From IMG/VR virus record IMGVR_UViG_3300037743_000151, positions 1 through 64,000 of that record: 64,000 nucleotides of DNA; one strand, written 5' to 3'. A model generated the notes under the pieces. It was not told the DNA's origin and made no database searches. It saw nothing but the letters and a program-made list of their open reading frames with translations. The position numbers were made by a program, and so were the translations under genes. This stretch comes from a virus. Positions 39,919 to 48,600 of the stretch are shown here, piece after piece; position 1 is the first letter of the stretch; every line of letters starts with the position of its first letter.

Positions 39919-41331
39919 ATGGGCACCAACGACAGGGCGACAGTAGCGGCACGCGCCGCCGCCCTCCTCGGCGCCCAACTCACCCCACGCTGGACACCAC
40001 TACCCCACCAAGTACCGCCCCCCGGCAACTGGTATGGCTGGCTCCTCCTCGCCGGCCGCGGCGCCGGCAAGACCGACGCCTGCGCCGAATACATCGCCCG
40101 CCACATCGCCGGACCACCCTGCCTCCCGGGCCCGGTACCCCACTGGGTCGGCATCATTGCGCCCACCCAGGGCGACGCCGTCACCGCCTGCGTGTCCGGG
40201 CCGTCCGGTATCAAAGCCCATGACCCCACCGCCGTCGGCCCGATCACCACGGCAGGCGGCACCGTCGTCCGCTGGCCCAACGGGAGTCAGGCCAAGCTGT
40301 ACGGGGCGAATAGTCCGGAAGATGTGGAAAGGCTCCGCGCTGGGGGCAATACCTGCGTGGCCTGGTTGGAGGAATTTGCCGCGTGGCGGCACATGCAGGA
40401 CGCCTTCGACCAACTCCGCTTCGGCCTCCGCTCCGGTCCGCGCCCACACTGGGTCGCCTCCACCACCCCGAAGCCCAAACCCCTACTGAAGCGCCTCATG
40501 CAAGGCGAGATCCCGAACGTCGTCACCACCACGGCGACCATGTACGACAACCCACATCTCCCGCAGCACATCCGCGACATGCTCGAAGACGCCTACGCGG
40601 GAACCGACCTCGGCGAGCAGGAGCTGTACGGCCGACTCCTCGACGAGATCAAGAACGCCCTATGGCGAAGGAAGTTCCTCGCCGCCGGCCGCATGCGCCT
40701 CGACGACCTGCCGGACCTCATCCGCCGAACGGTCGGCGTCGACCCTTCCGGCGGCGCAGGGGAGCAGGGCATCGTCGTCACCGCGAAGTCGGGGCTTCTG
40801 CTACCCGGACTGCTGCCCGGCCCCGAGCTGGACCCCGACGAACCGGCCCCGGTCGGTGCACCACGCCCGCAGCCGCACGGCTTTGTCCTGGACGACCGGT
40901 CGTGCCAGCTCCCGCCGGAGGGCTGGGGGCAGCGCGCGGTACAGGCCGCGATCGACTGGGAGGCCGAGGACGTGGCGGTAGAGGTCAACTACGGGGGGGA
41001 CCAAGCGATCGCCGTGATCCGCACAGCGATGGAGAAACTCGGGGTGGATATCCCGATCCGGAAGGTGCGCGCGTCGCAGGGCAAGGCGATCCGTGCACAG
41101 CCAGTGGCCGCGCTCAGCGCTCAGGGCCGGTGGCATCACGCGGGCACATTCCCGGAATTGGAGGACCAGCTAGCCACGTGGTACCCGGAGTTGGGCTGGT
41201 CGCCCGATCGCCTCGACGCACTCGTATGGGGACCATGGCATATGAAACTCGTGGGCACGATGACGCACGGCCAGGGTTCGTTGGGCGGGGATCTGGCCAG
41301 AAAGCAGATTGTCGGGGGGCGGCTACGGTGA
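39919..41331 (+). CDS. terminase large subunit
   Basis: ATG 39919. Walker A LLLAGRGAGKTD, WLEEFA (Walker B-like), and a C-terminal RNase H-like nuclease region with acidic residues; 470 aa. Positioned ahead of the portal. Confidence 0.8.
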   Translation: MGTNDRATVAARAAALLGAQLTPRWTPLPHQVPPPGNWYGWLLLAGRGAGKTDACAEYIARHIAGPPCLPGPVPHWVGIIAPTQGDAVTACVSGPSGIKAHDPTAVGPITTAGGTVVRWPNGSQAKLYGANSPEDVERLRAGGNTCVAWLEEFAAWRHMQDAFDQLRFGLRSGPRPHWVASTTPKPKPLLKRLMQGEIPNVVTTTATMYDNPHLPQHIRDMLEDAYAGTDLGEQELYGRLLDEIKNALWRRKFLAAGRMRLDDLPDLIRRTVGVDPSGGAGEQGIVVTAKSGLLLPGLLPGPELDPDEPAPVGAPRPQPHGFVLDDRSCQLPPEGWGQRAVQAAIDWEAEDVAVEVNYGGDQAIAVIRTAMEKLGVDIPIRKVRASQGKAIRAQPVAALSAQGRWHHAGTFPELEDQLATWYPELGWSPDRLDALVWGPWHMKLVGTMTHGQGSLGGDLARKQIVGGRLR

Positions 41332-41336
41332 CGGGC

Positions 41337-41585
41337 ATGAGCATCTGGAGAACGGTCGGCCACGACGGGCCGGAGGTCGTTGGGATCCCAGACGAGACGG
41401 ACGCCGTGCACTATCGAGGCGGCGGGGAGGCCACCGCCACCGTCGACGTCGCCGTGACCAGCATGCACGGCGGGGTGCGCCTCGGTATCGAGTTCGATGG
41501 CTCGACGAAGGATGTCCTCCTCGACCGGGAGAACGTGGCGCTGTTGCGTGACCGGCTGACGGTCGTACTGGAGGGTGAGTCGTGA
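41337..41585 (+). CDS. hypothetical protein
   Basis: ATG 41337 (GTG 41328 would give a GTGA overlap with the terminase stop); 82 aa. Confidence 0.5.
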   Translation: MSIWRTVGHDGPEVVGIPDETDAVHYRGGGEATATVDVAVTSMHGGVRLGIEFDGSTKDVLLDRENVALLRDRLTVVLEGES

Positions 41586-42016
41586 GTCTGTGGTTGCTGC
41601 TGCTCGTGATGGCGCTCGCGGTGTACCGGCTTACCCGCTTGGTCGTGGCTGACACGTTCCCGCCGGTGCTGTGGCTGCGTGACCGGCTTGTCGGTGGGTG
41701 GCGTGAGCCGACGATGAAGGAGCAGCATCACGATGCGTTCCCGACCGGGGAGGTCGAGGAGGGCTGCTTCAAGAGCATTCCAAACCTGGGCATGTTCGGG
41801 CTGCTCGACGGTGAGTTGCAGATTTACGGCCGCCGGTGGAAGTGGTCGCCGTTCTGGTTGGCTGATCTGTTGTCGTGTCCGTTTTGCGCGTCGGGGTGGA
41901 TTGCTGTCGGGGTGACGGCGGGTGTGTGGGCCACGGTCGGTCTGCCGGTGCCGCTGCTGGTGTGGCTGGCGGTGTGGGCGGTGGGCGGCCTGTTGGCGTC
42001 GCAGGAGTGGGCGTGA
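41582..42016 (+). CDS. DUF1360-like membrane protein
   Basis: GTGA overlap. VYRLTRLVVADTFPP ... LLSCPFCASGWIAV matches the DUF1360 pattern (from memory). Four hydrophobic helices. Confidence 0.6.
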   Translation: MSLWLLLLVMALAVYRLTRLVVADTFPPVLWLRDRLVGGWREPTMKEQHHDAFPTGEVEEGCFKSIPNLGMFGLLDGELQIYGRRWKWSPFWLADLLSCPFCASGWIAVGVTAGVWATVGLPVPLLVWLAVWAVGGLLASQEWA

Positions 42017-42099
42017 CGCCGGAACGCGGGCCGGAGACGGGCCCGTAGCATTCAGGGTGTAGGAGCCGGGCCTTCGGGTTCCGGGGTGGTGGCGCACAG

Positions 42100-42130
42100 G
42101 GGCCGTCCGCAGTGGGCATGCGGACGGCCC
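42100..42130. terminator. hairpin terminator (11-bp stem)
   Basis: GGGCCGTCCGC (42100-42110) pairs with GCGGACGGCCC (42120-42130). Confidence 0.6.
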
Positions 42131-42154
42131 TCGCTGCTGCTCGGGGTGTGGGAA

Positions 42155-42180
42155 GGGGCCGCCTCCGTAGAGACGGCCCC
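42155..42180 (-). other. hairpin of module A1
   Basis: GGGGCCG (42155-42161) pairs with CGGCCCC (42174-42180). It directly abuts the ACCAAGAAGAGCC box. Confidence 0.5.
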
Positions 42181-42233
42181 ACCAAGAAGAGCCACGCCAC
42201 GCCCTGCCTTGCCTCGCCCTGCCGAGCCATGCG
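42181..42233 (-). repeat. module A1: box ACCAAGAAGAGCC followed by GCC every 5 nt (G-rich sense on the minus strand)
   Basis: GCC at 42191, 196, 201, 206, 211, 216, 221 and 226 (8 of 8), then GCG at 42231. Confidence 0.85.
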
Positions 42234-42253
42234 CTGGTCAGCTTAACGGCGAA

Positions 42254-42275
42254 GGGCTCCACCGAAGTGGAGCCC
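42254..42275 (-). other. hairpin of module A2 (UUCG loop in minus-strand sense)
   Basis: GGGCTCCAC (42254-42262), loop CGAA, GTGGAGCCC (42267-42275). Confidence 0.6.
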
Positions 42276-42358
42276 ACCAAGAAGAGCCTTGCCATACCAC
42301 GCAATGCCGAGCCGAGCGCTGCCCAACCGAGCGCTGCCTTGCCATGACCAGCCAAGCG
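42276..42358 (-). repeat. module A2: box ACCAAGAAGAGCC followed by 15 phase-locked NNGCC units
   Basis: Phased triplets from 42286 to 42356: 8 are exact GCC and the rest differ at one base. Confidence 0.8.
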
Positions 42359-42394
42359 GAGGCTAGCCCGAGGGCTTCACAGTACCGCCAGAGC

Positions 42395-42450
42395 CGTCAT
42401 TCTGAATACATCTCTTCTTTCGGAGTGACACATGACGGTATATATTCGCG
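42395..42450. promoter_or_regulatory. AT-rich core between inverted arrays (candidate divergent promoters)
   Basis: CATTCTGAATACATCTCTTCTTTCGGAGTGACACATGACGGTATATATTCGCG is the most AT-rich stretch I noticed in the window. Possible leftward promoter: -35 TTCAGA (42406-42401) and -10 TACTGT (42384-42379). Confidence 0.35.
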
Positions 42451-42469
42451 TGGTGCCACCGGCACGCTC

Positions 42470-42582
42470 GGCGTGGCACTGCCCGGCAAGCTGAGGCATG
42501 GCATGGCCTGGCGGGGCACGGCGGGTCATGGCTAGTCAAGGCCAGGCGGGGTAAGGCACGGCGCGGCTCTTCTTGGCTTGGT
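42470..42582 (+). repeat. module A3: (GGCNN) array plus box GGCTCTTCTTGG (42565-42576), immediately upstream of the RBS of gene 42614
   Basis: Exact GGC at 16 of 23 positions spaced exactly 5 nt apart (42470...42580). Confidence 0.85.
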
Positions 42583-42613
42583 TCCCACCACCACACGGCA
42601 CGGAGGACACCGA

Positions 42614-43186
42614 ATGCAGTTCCGCATCACCATCACTGGCACCGCCGAACTCCTCATGCACAACGCCCGCTTGTCCAACCCCATTGACCCCGCAGCCAAA
42701 GCGATGAAGGCCGTCACCTCCAAGCGCGTCAAGACCGACGACGACCACGAGGAGTTGGCCCGCCTCGAACACCTCGGCTCGCTTTACTACGACCCCGAGA
42801 TCGGACCGTTCGTCCCCGGCCAGAACATCGAACGCGCTCTCGTCGACGCCGCCAAGGTCACCAAGTCCGGCGTCAAGGTCACACGCGGCGTGTTCATCTC
42901 CACCAACGTCAACCCCCTCGCCTACAAGGGGCCGCGCGACATCGACGGCCTGTGGGCAGACGAGAACTTCCGGCACATGGCATCCGTCAAGGTCCAGCAG
43001 AACCGCGTGATGCGCTGCCGCCCCATGTTCCGGACCTGGCGCACCGAGGCGGAAGGCACACTGGACACCCGAGTTCTGTCCCTCGAAGAACTCCAGGGCA
43101 TCGCGGACACGGCAGGAGCGATGATCGGTCTCGGTGACTACCGCCCCCGCTACGGCCGCTTCACTGCGGAGGTAACCAAGCTGTGA
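42614..43186 (+). CDS. hypothetical protein (190 aa) of the array-flanked cassette
   Basis: ATG 42614 after GGAGGA RBS. Native-looking GC-rich codon usage. The N-terminal beta-strand-like MQFRITITG and the C-terminal glycine-rich IGLGDYRPRYGRF weakly recall RAMP/RRM-fold proteins. No firm family. Confidence 0.6.
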   Translation: MQFRITITGTAELLMHNARLSNPIDPAAKAMKAVTSKRVKTDDDHEELARLEHLGSLYYDPEIGPFVPGQNIERALVDAAKVTKSGVKVTRGVFISTNVNPLAYKGPRDIDGLWADENFRHMASVKVQQNRVMRCRPMFRTWRTEAEGTLDTRVLSLEELQGIADTAGAMIGLGDYRPRYGRFTAEVTKL

Positions 43187-43695
43187 ACGGCGTCAAGACC
43201 CGCGTGGACGTCCTGTACGAGCTGTTCCAGCGTGCAGACCTAGTCACTTACGAGCAGGCCGCAGAAGCCCTTGGGCTCGACCCGATACAGGACCGGAAAG
43301 CCATCCGGGACACCATGGGACGCGTCAGAAGGAAGCTGCTCGCCAGGGATGGGCGGGCGCTCCGTTCCGTCCCAGACGTCGGCTACCGGATCGCTGAACC
43401 GAACGAGCACATCACCCTGTACCGCGAGCGTAAGAAGCGTGGGACAAATCAGCTCGTGACGGGTCGCGACGAGCTGAAAGGCACTGACCTTTCGAGCCTG
43501 ACGCAGGAGGGCCGGGATGCTGTCCTGGCGGAGAGTGTCGCGGCATCTCGGATCATCGACTTCATCGTGTCGACGGATCGTCGCTTGCGGAAGCAGGAGG
43601 CGAAGATCGATGAGATCAAGGGTGAAGTGACCCGCAACGCCGAGGAGTCTGCGGAGATCAAGAAACGCCTCACCCAGTTGGAACAGCCTGGGTAG
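43183..43695 (+). CDS. winged-helix (OmpR/PhoB-type-like) DNA-binding protein with C-terminal coiled coil
   Basis: GTG 43183 (GTGA overlap). VRRKLLARDGRALRSVPDVGYRIAEP resembles the OmpR-type wing. The C-terminal 60 aa are heptad-like. It uses codons rare in high-GC actinomycetes (CTA, ATA, AGA, AGG, AAT, AGT). Confidence 0.6.
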   Translation: MNGVKTRVDVLYELFQRADLVTYEQAAEALGLDPIQDRKAIRDTMGRVRRKLLARDGRALRSVPDVGYRIAEPNEHITLYRERKKRGTNQLVTGRDELKGTDLSSLTQEGRDAVLAESVAASRIIDFIVSTDRRLRKQEAKIDEIKGEVTRNAEESAEIKKRLTQLEQPG

Positions 43696-43702
43696 AGGTT
43701 GC

Positions 43703-43794
43703 GGCCGGACATGGCGTGACGTGTCCTGGCACGGTGCGGCCGGACATGGCGGGGCAAGGCCGGGCGGGGCGCGGCGCGGCGGGGCTTCTCTGGG
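43703..43794 (+). repeat. module A4: (GGCNN) array plus box GGCTTCTCTGGG (43783-43794)
   Basis: Exact GGC at 12 of 17 phased positions (43703...43783). Internal 16-nt direct repeat GCGGCCGGACATGGCG at 43701 and 43736. Confidence 0.85.
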
Positions 43795-43795
43795 T

Positions 43796-43821
43796 GGGCC
43801 CCCACCTTCGGGTGGGGGCCC
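43796..43821 (+). terminator. 11-bp GC hairpin with UUCG tetraloop following array A4, 75 nt upstream of the portal start
   Basis: GGGCCCCCACC (43796-43806), loop TTCG, GGTGGGGGCCC (43811-43821), then CCCTTCGCC as in module A2. Confidence 0.65.
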
Positions 43822-43895
43822 TTCGCCATGCCCGGAATGATCTTCTCGGCCGCGCTCTTACCCTCCCCTCGCAGACCGCGAACAGGGAGACCCGG

Positions 43896-45677
43896 ATGGC
43901 CTGGTGGCACACCTTCACCCGACGCGGCACACCCACGCCCACACCCCTCCCCACCCACACCGAACAGCAACCCAACGCAATCACCGCCGCCGCAGCACCC
44001 GTCTCCAGCCCCCGCACCGACCTCATCCGCAACACCGACGGCTGGCAAGAAGAAGTCTGGGGATTCCACGACACCCTCGGCGAATTCCGGTACGCCACCG
44101 ACTGGGAAGCCAAACGCTTCTCCCGCGTCCGCCTCTACGCCGCCAAGCTGGAGCCAGGGGCCGACGAGCCCGTACGCGCCAAGGCCGGAACCGCCGTCGA
44201 CCTCATGACGGCGTTCGCTGGTGGCCCCGCCGGACAAGCGCAGATCATGGGCGGCCTCGCCACGCAACTACGGGTCCCCGGCGAGGGCTACCTCATCGTC
44301 GAGAGCGTGAGCGGTATCGAGCAGTGGTCGGTGCGCTCCATCGACGAAGTCCGTGCCGCACGCCAGCGGTACGAGGTCATCGACGAGAACAGCCCGCAGT
44401 CCGGCAACAACTGGCGCCCCCTCGCCCCCGACTCGATGGCACCGATCCGGGTATGGCGGCCGAACAAGCGCTGGCACCACATCGCCGACAGCCCCACCCG
44501 CGCCGCGCGTTCCACGATGCGGGAACTGGAGTTGGTGAACCGGCACATCGTTGCCCAGTACCTGTCGCGGCTCGCGTCCGCCGGTGTCGTCATGTTCCCG
44601 TCGGAGGTCACCTTCCCGCAGAAGGAGGAGTTCGCCGACGCGCCGGACCCGTTTGTCGCCGAGTGGATCGAGAACGCGAGGGTCGCGATCGATCAGCCGG
44701 GCACCGCCAGTGCCGTGATCCCGATGCCGATCAAGGTGCCTTCCGAGCTCGTCGAAAAGATCAAGCATCTCGACTTCACCCTGAAGATCGACGAGAAGAT
44801 CATCGAGAAGCGGGACAGCGCCATCAAGCGCCTCGCCTCCCAGCTCAACGTGCCCGCCGAAGTCCTACTCGGCATGGGCGATTTGAACCACTGGAACGCC
44901 TGGAGCAGCGACGAAACCAGCCTCAAAGTCGACGTCGCCCCCGACGCCGAACTCATCTGCCAGGCCATGACCACCGGCTACCTCCAGCCCCGCCTCAAAG
45001 CATCCGGCGTCGAAGACTGGGCGAACTGGGTCATCTGGTACGACATGTCAGAACTGACCCTGCGCCCCGACCGGTCAGACGACGCCATCGCCCTGTACGA
45101 CCGCCTGGAACTCAACGGCGCAGCCCTCCGCCGCGAAACCGGATTCAACGAAGCCGACAAGCCGACCAACGAGGAACTCAAAGAGCAGGCCCTCAAGGTC
45201 ATCATCCACACCCTGCCGTCCGGCGCCGGTAGCGCGCTCACCGAACTCATCGGCGAGCAGGTCACCATCGCCGCGACCGCACCCATCGCCCCCGGCGAAC
45301 AACCCGAGCCGGAGCCCCCGCCGGAAGACCGCACACCACCCGACCCCGACATTGCACGCGAGGCGACCGCGCAAGCCCGCGAGGACCGCATGGTTGCGCA
45401 GGCCCGCGAGCTGCACGCCGTCCGGTTCACGGTCGGCCGGCCTACGGAGCTGCTGCACCCGGCGGCGTGTTCGCAGCACGCCTACTCCTGCCCGTTCACG
45501 CACGCCGCATTGAAGCTCGCCGACCTGCCGAGGCCCGGGACGTCGGGTGTGTATGAGGCGCGCCTGGATCCGTTCGGCCGGTTCACGATCGGCCGGCATG
45601 CGCCGCTGATGGACACGTCCGGCTTCTTCTCGACGATGACTCGGAGCAGTAATGGATTCGCTCGCAGCCGCGGCTGA
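43896..45677 (+). CDS. portal protein
   Basis: ATG 43896 after AGGGAGA RBS; 593 aa. Assigned from position (after terminase, before the MuF/protease gene), size and acidic/helical composition typical of actinophage portals. Confidence 0.7.
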   Translation: MAWWHTFTRRGTPTPTPLPTHTEQQPNAITAAAAPVSSPRTDLIRNTDGWQEEVWGFHDTLGEFRYATDWEAKRFSRVRLYAAKLEPGADEPVRAKAGTAVDLMTAFAGGPAGQAQIMGGLATQLRVPGEGYLIVESVSGIEQWSVRSIDEVRAARQRYEVIDENSPQSGNNWRPLAPDSMAPIRVWRPNKRWHHIADSPTRAARSTMRELELVNRHIVAQYLSRLASAGVVMFPSEVTFPQKEEFADAPDPFVAEWIENARVAIDQPGTASAVIPMPIKVPSELVEKIKHLDFTLKIDEKIIEKRDSAIKRLASQLNVPAEVLLGMGDLNHWNAWSSDETSLKVDVAPDAELICQAMTTGYLQPRLKASGVEDWANWVIWYDMSELTLRPDRSDDAIALYDRLELNGAALRRETGFNEADKPTNEELKEQALKVIIHTLPSGAGSALTELIGEQVTIAATAPIAPGEQPEPEPPPEDRTPPDPDIAREATAQAREDRMVAQARELHAVRFTVGRPTELLHPAACSQHAYSCPFTHAALKLADLPRPGTSGVYEARLDPFGRFTIGRHAPLMDTSGFFSTMTRSSNGFARSRG

Positions 45678-48600
45678 CGGCTCGCACATGTCGGGCGCGA
45701 TGGTGGCGCTGATGCCGACGCCGGAGGATGCGGCCCGGCTGGCGATCGAGGGCGGCGAGGACGCGGAGCAACTGCACCTGACGCTGTACTTCCTCGGCGA
45801 CGACGGCGACGCGTGGACCGAGGACCAGCAAGCAGAGCTGATCGGCAGCCTGCGAGCGCTCGCCGCCTCCCAACTATCCGGGCCCATCACCGGGTTCGCG
45901 TTCGGTGCGAACCACTGGAACGCAGGCAGCGACTCCCCGTCGTGGGTGTGGGCCGTCGGCGACGACCGCGACCGGGAGGCCGACGCACCCTCACTGGCCG
46001 CCGCGCGCACGGTCACCACGATGGCGCTGGAGGACATCCACGAGCGGCCGTATCTCCCTGTGCAGCACTCGCCTTGGGTGCCGCATATCTGTGCCGCGTA
46101 CTCCGATGAGCTGGACCTCATCATCGCCCTGGAGGAGCGCCTCGGACCGGTCGTCTTCGACCGGATCCGGGTGGCGTTCGCCGGGGACTACACCGACATC
46201 CCCCTCGGCGGCGCGGTGACTGCGGCGGCCGAGTGCACTTGCCCTCCGCAGGCTGCAGCCGAATCGGACAGCGATCCGGACTGTCGGCACCATGCGTACA
46301 ACATCCTGATCGCCGCCGGGGCGTCACTGCGTCGTCAGCCCACCGAGTTGGAGCTCGCCTCCCGCGTCGACTTCGCCGCCATGGACAAGGCCTGGCACGA
46401 AGCCGTCGACAGCACCGTCGAAGCCTGGGCCGACATCCAGACCGCGATGCGAGCCGAGGTCACCGCCAGCATCCAGGCCGCAGCCGAAGCCGACGACTTG
46501 GACAGCCTCGACGGCCTCACCATCGACACCGCTGACGGCGCCGCCCTCCTGATCGCCCGCATGATCGCCTACGCGCGGGAGGCAGGCGAGCAGCAGCAGG
46601 CCGAGGCCGAAGCGCAGGGCGTCAGCGTCCCGGAGTGGTCGCTGGACGATGAGGCGATCACCGCAGCTGCGATCCGGGACCGGCTGCGGCAGATCGGCCG
46701 GACGGCCGCGCGGGTGCTGGGTGTCGGGCTGGTGCAGTCCGCGGTCCGGCAGGCGATGCGCGTATGGGGCTCCGGGTCGGCGCAGCAGGTGGCGGCGCAG
46801 GTCGACGAGCACCTTGCCGGGCTGTCGGGTGCGGCTGTCGAGGAGCAGGTTGGCGGGGCGATGTCGGCGGCCCAGAACGAGGGGCGCCTCGCGGTGCTCG
46901 CGGTCGCGCCGGCCGCCCTGCACGTGGCCACGGAGGCGCTCGACCTCAACTCATGTAAGCCCTGCCGCGACATCGACGGCACCGAGTACGACACCCTCAC
47001 CGCGGCCCGTACCGCTTACCCGTCCGGCGGCTACACGGGCTGTCTCGGCGGCGCGCGCTGTCGGGGCACGCTCGTCACCGTGTGGCCTCAGGACAGCGAG
47101 CAGGCCGCCGCCGGAATGATCTTGGCTGCGAGCGCGGCCACAATACCGCCGACCGACCACGAGCAAGGAGGCGGCAGCGTGCCGTACAGCATCGTGCAAG
47201 ACCACCCGGACTGCGGTGCCGACAAGCCGTGGGCCGTCACCAAGGACGCCGACAACAGCCTGATGGGCTGCCACGACAGCGAGGCCGCAGCCGAGGAGCA
47301 GCGCGCCGCCCTGTATGCCGAAGAGGGCGGCATGCCCAACGACATGGACAAGCCCGACGACGAGGACATGGACTACGCAGGCAAGACCGCCCCCTGGCGT
47401 GGCCCCCTCGCCATCGAAGGACAGGTCACCGGCGACGGCCGCGAATTCGCCCCCGAAGCCCTCACCTGGGCCGAACTCCCCGTACCACTCCGGTGGAACA
47501 AGGAAGACTCCCACGGCGGAGAAGCCCGCACCATCGCAGTCAACGTGGGCCGCATCGACAAGATCTGGCGCGACGGCAGCCTCATCATGGGCGAAGGCGT
47601 TCTCGACCTCTCCGACGACGACGGCCGCCGCGTCCACGCCAAGATCGAAGGCAAGTTCCTCCGCGGCGTGTCCATCGACGCCGACTCCATCGCCGACGCC
47701 GACGTCGAGTTCGTGTGGCCCGAAGACGCCAACGCCGGAACCGAAGAAGGCGAAGAGGGCGACCTGCTGGAGATGCTGTTCGCCCAGCCGGAGAAAATGA
47801 TTTTCCACGGCGGACGCATCCGCGCCGCGACCCTCGTCGACATCCCCGCCTTCGCCGAGGCGTACATCGCACTCCTCGACGAGGCCGGCGCGGTCGTGGC
47901 CGGAGGGCAGCCCATTGGCGAGGCCGCGCTTCAGCTGGCGTTGCAGGAGATGGGTGCGGTAGGCACCCACACCACCGCCACCTCCGATGGGCCCTGGGAC
48001 GCAGGCGTGAACGAGAAGCGCATCGACGGCCCGCTGACGGTCGCGAAGGCGCGGGCGGCGTACGGCTGGTACGACGGCGCCGCAGTCTCCGACGGCGAAC
48101 TGCCGAAGTCCGCGGCAAAGTTCCTGCACCACGAGATCAACGCCGACGGAACCGCGGGCGCGGCGAACCTTGCCGCCTGCTCGGCATCCATCGGCGCCTT
48201 GCACGGCGCCCGCGGCGGCACGAGCATCCCGGACGCGGACCGGCGCGGCGTGTACGACCACGTTGCCGGGCACCTGCGGGACGCGGGGCAGGAGCCGGAG
48301 CCGTTCCGTTCCCTGCGTTCCGTCACCGCCAGCGCTCCGGCCTCGCATCCGGCGATGACCGGCATGTGGAAGCCTCCCGCCGAGTGGTTCAGTGATCCGG
48401 ATCTGCCGTTCCACTGCGGGATCGTCGTCACCGACCAGGGGCGCCTGTACGGGCATGCGGCGCCGTGGGGCGCCTGCCATATCGGGTTCGACGGCGAGTG
48501 CGTCACCGTCCCGAGGGAGAGTGAGCACTCGCACTACATGACCGGTGAGACGGTCTGTGACGACGGGTCGCGGGTGGCGGTCGGTCAGATCACTGTGGGG

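Noticed and set aside
42086-42535. 149-aa ORF spanning the array region (also minus-strand ORFs 41411..42355 and 41769..42230).
   Set aside because: The sequence has 5-nt periodicity rather than 3-nt. It crosses several strong hairpins and the AT-rich core, has no RBS, and translates to low-complexity Arg/Pro/Ala/Gly.
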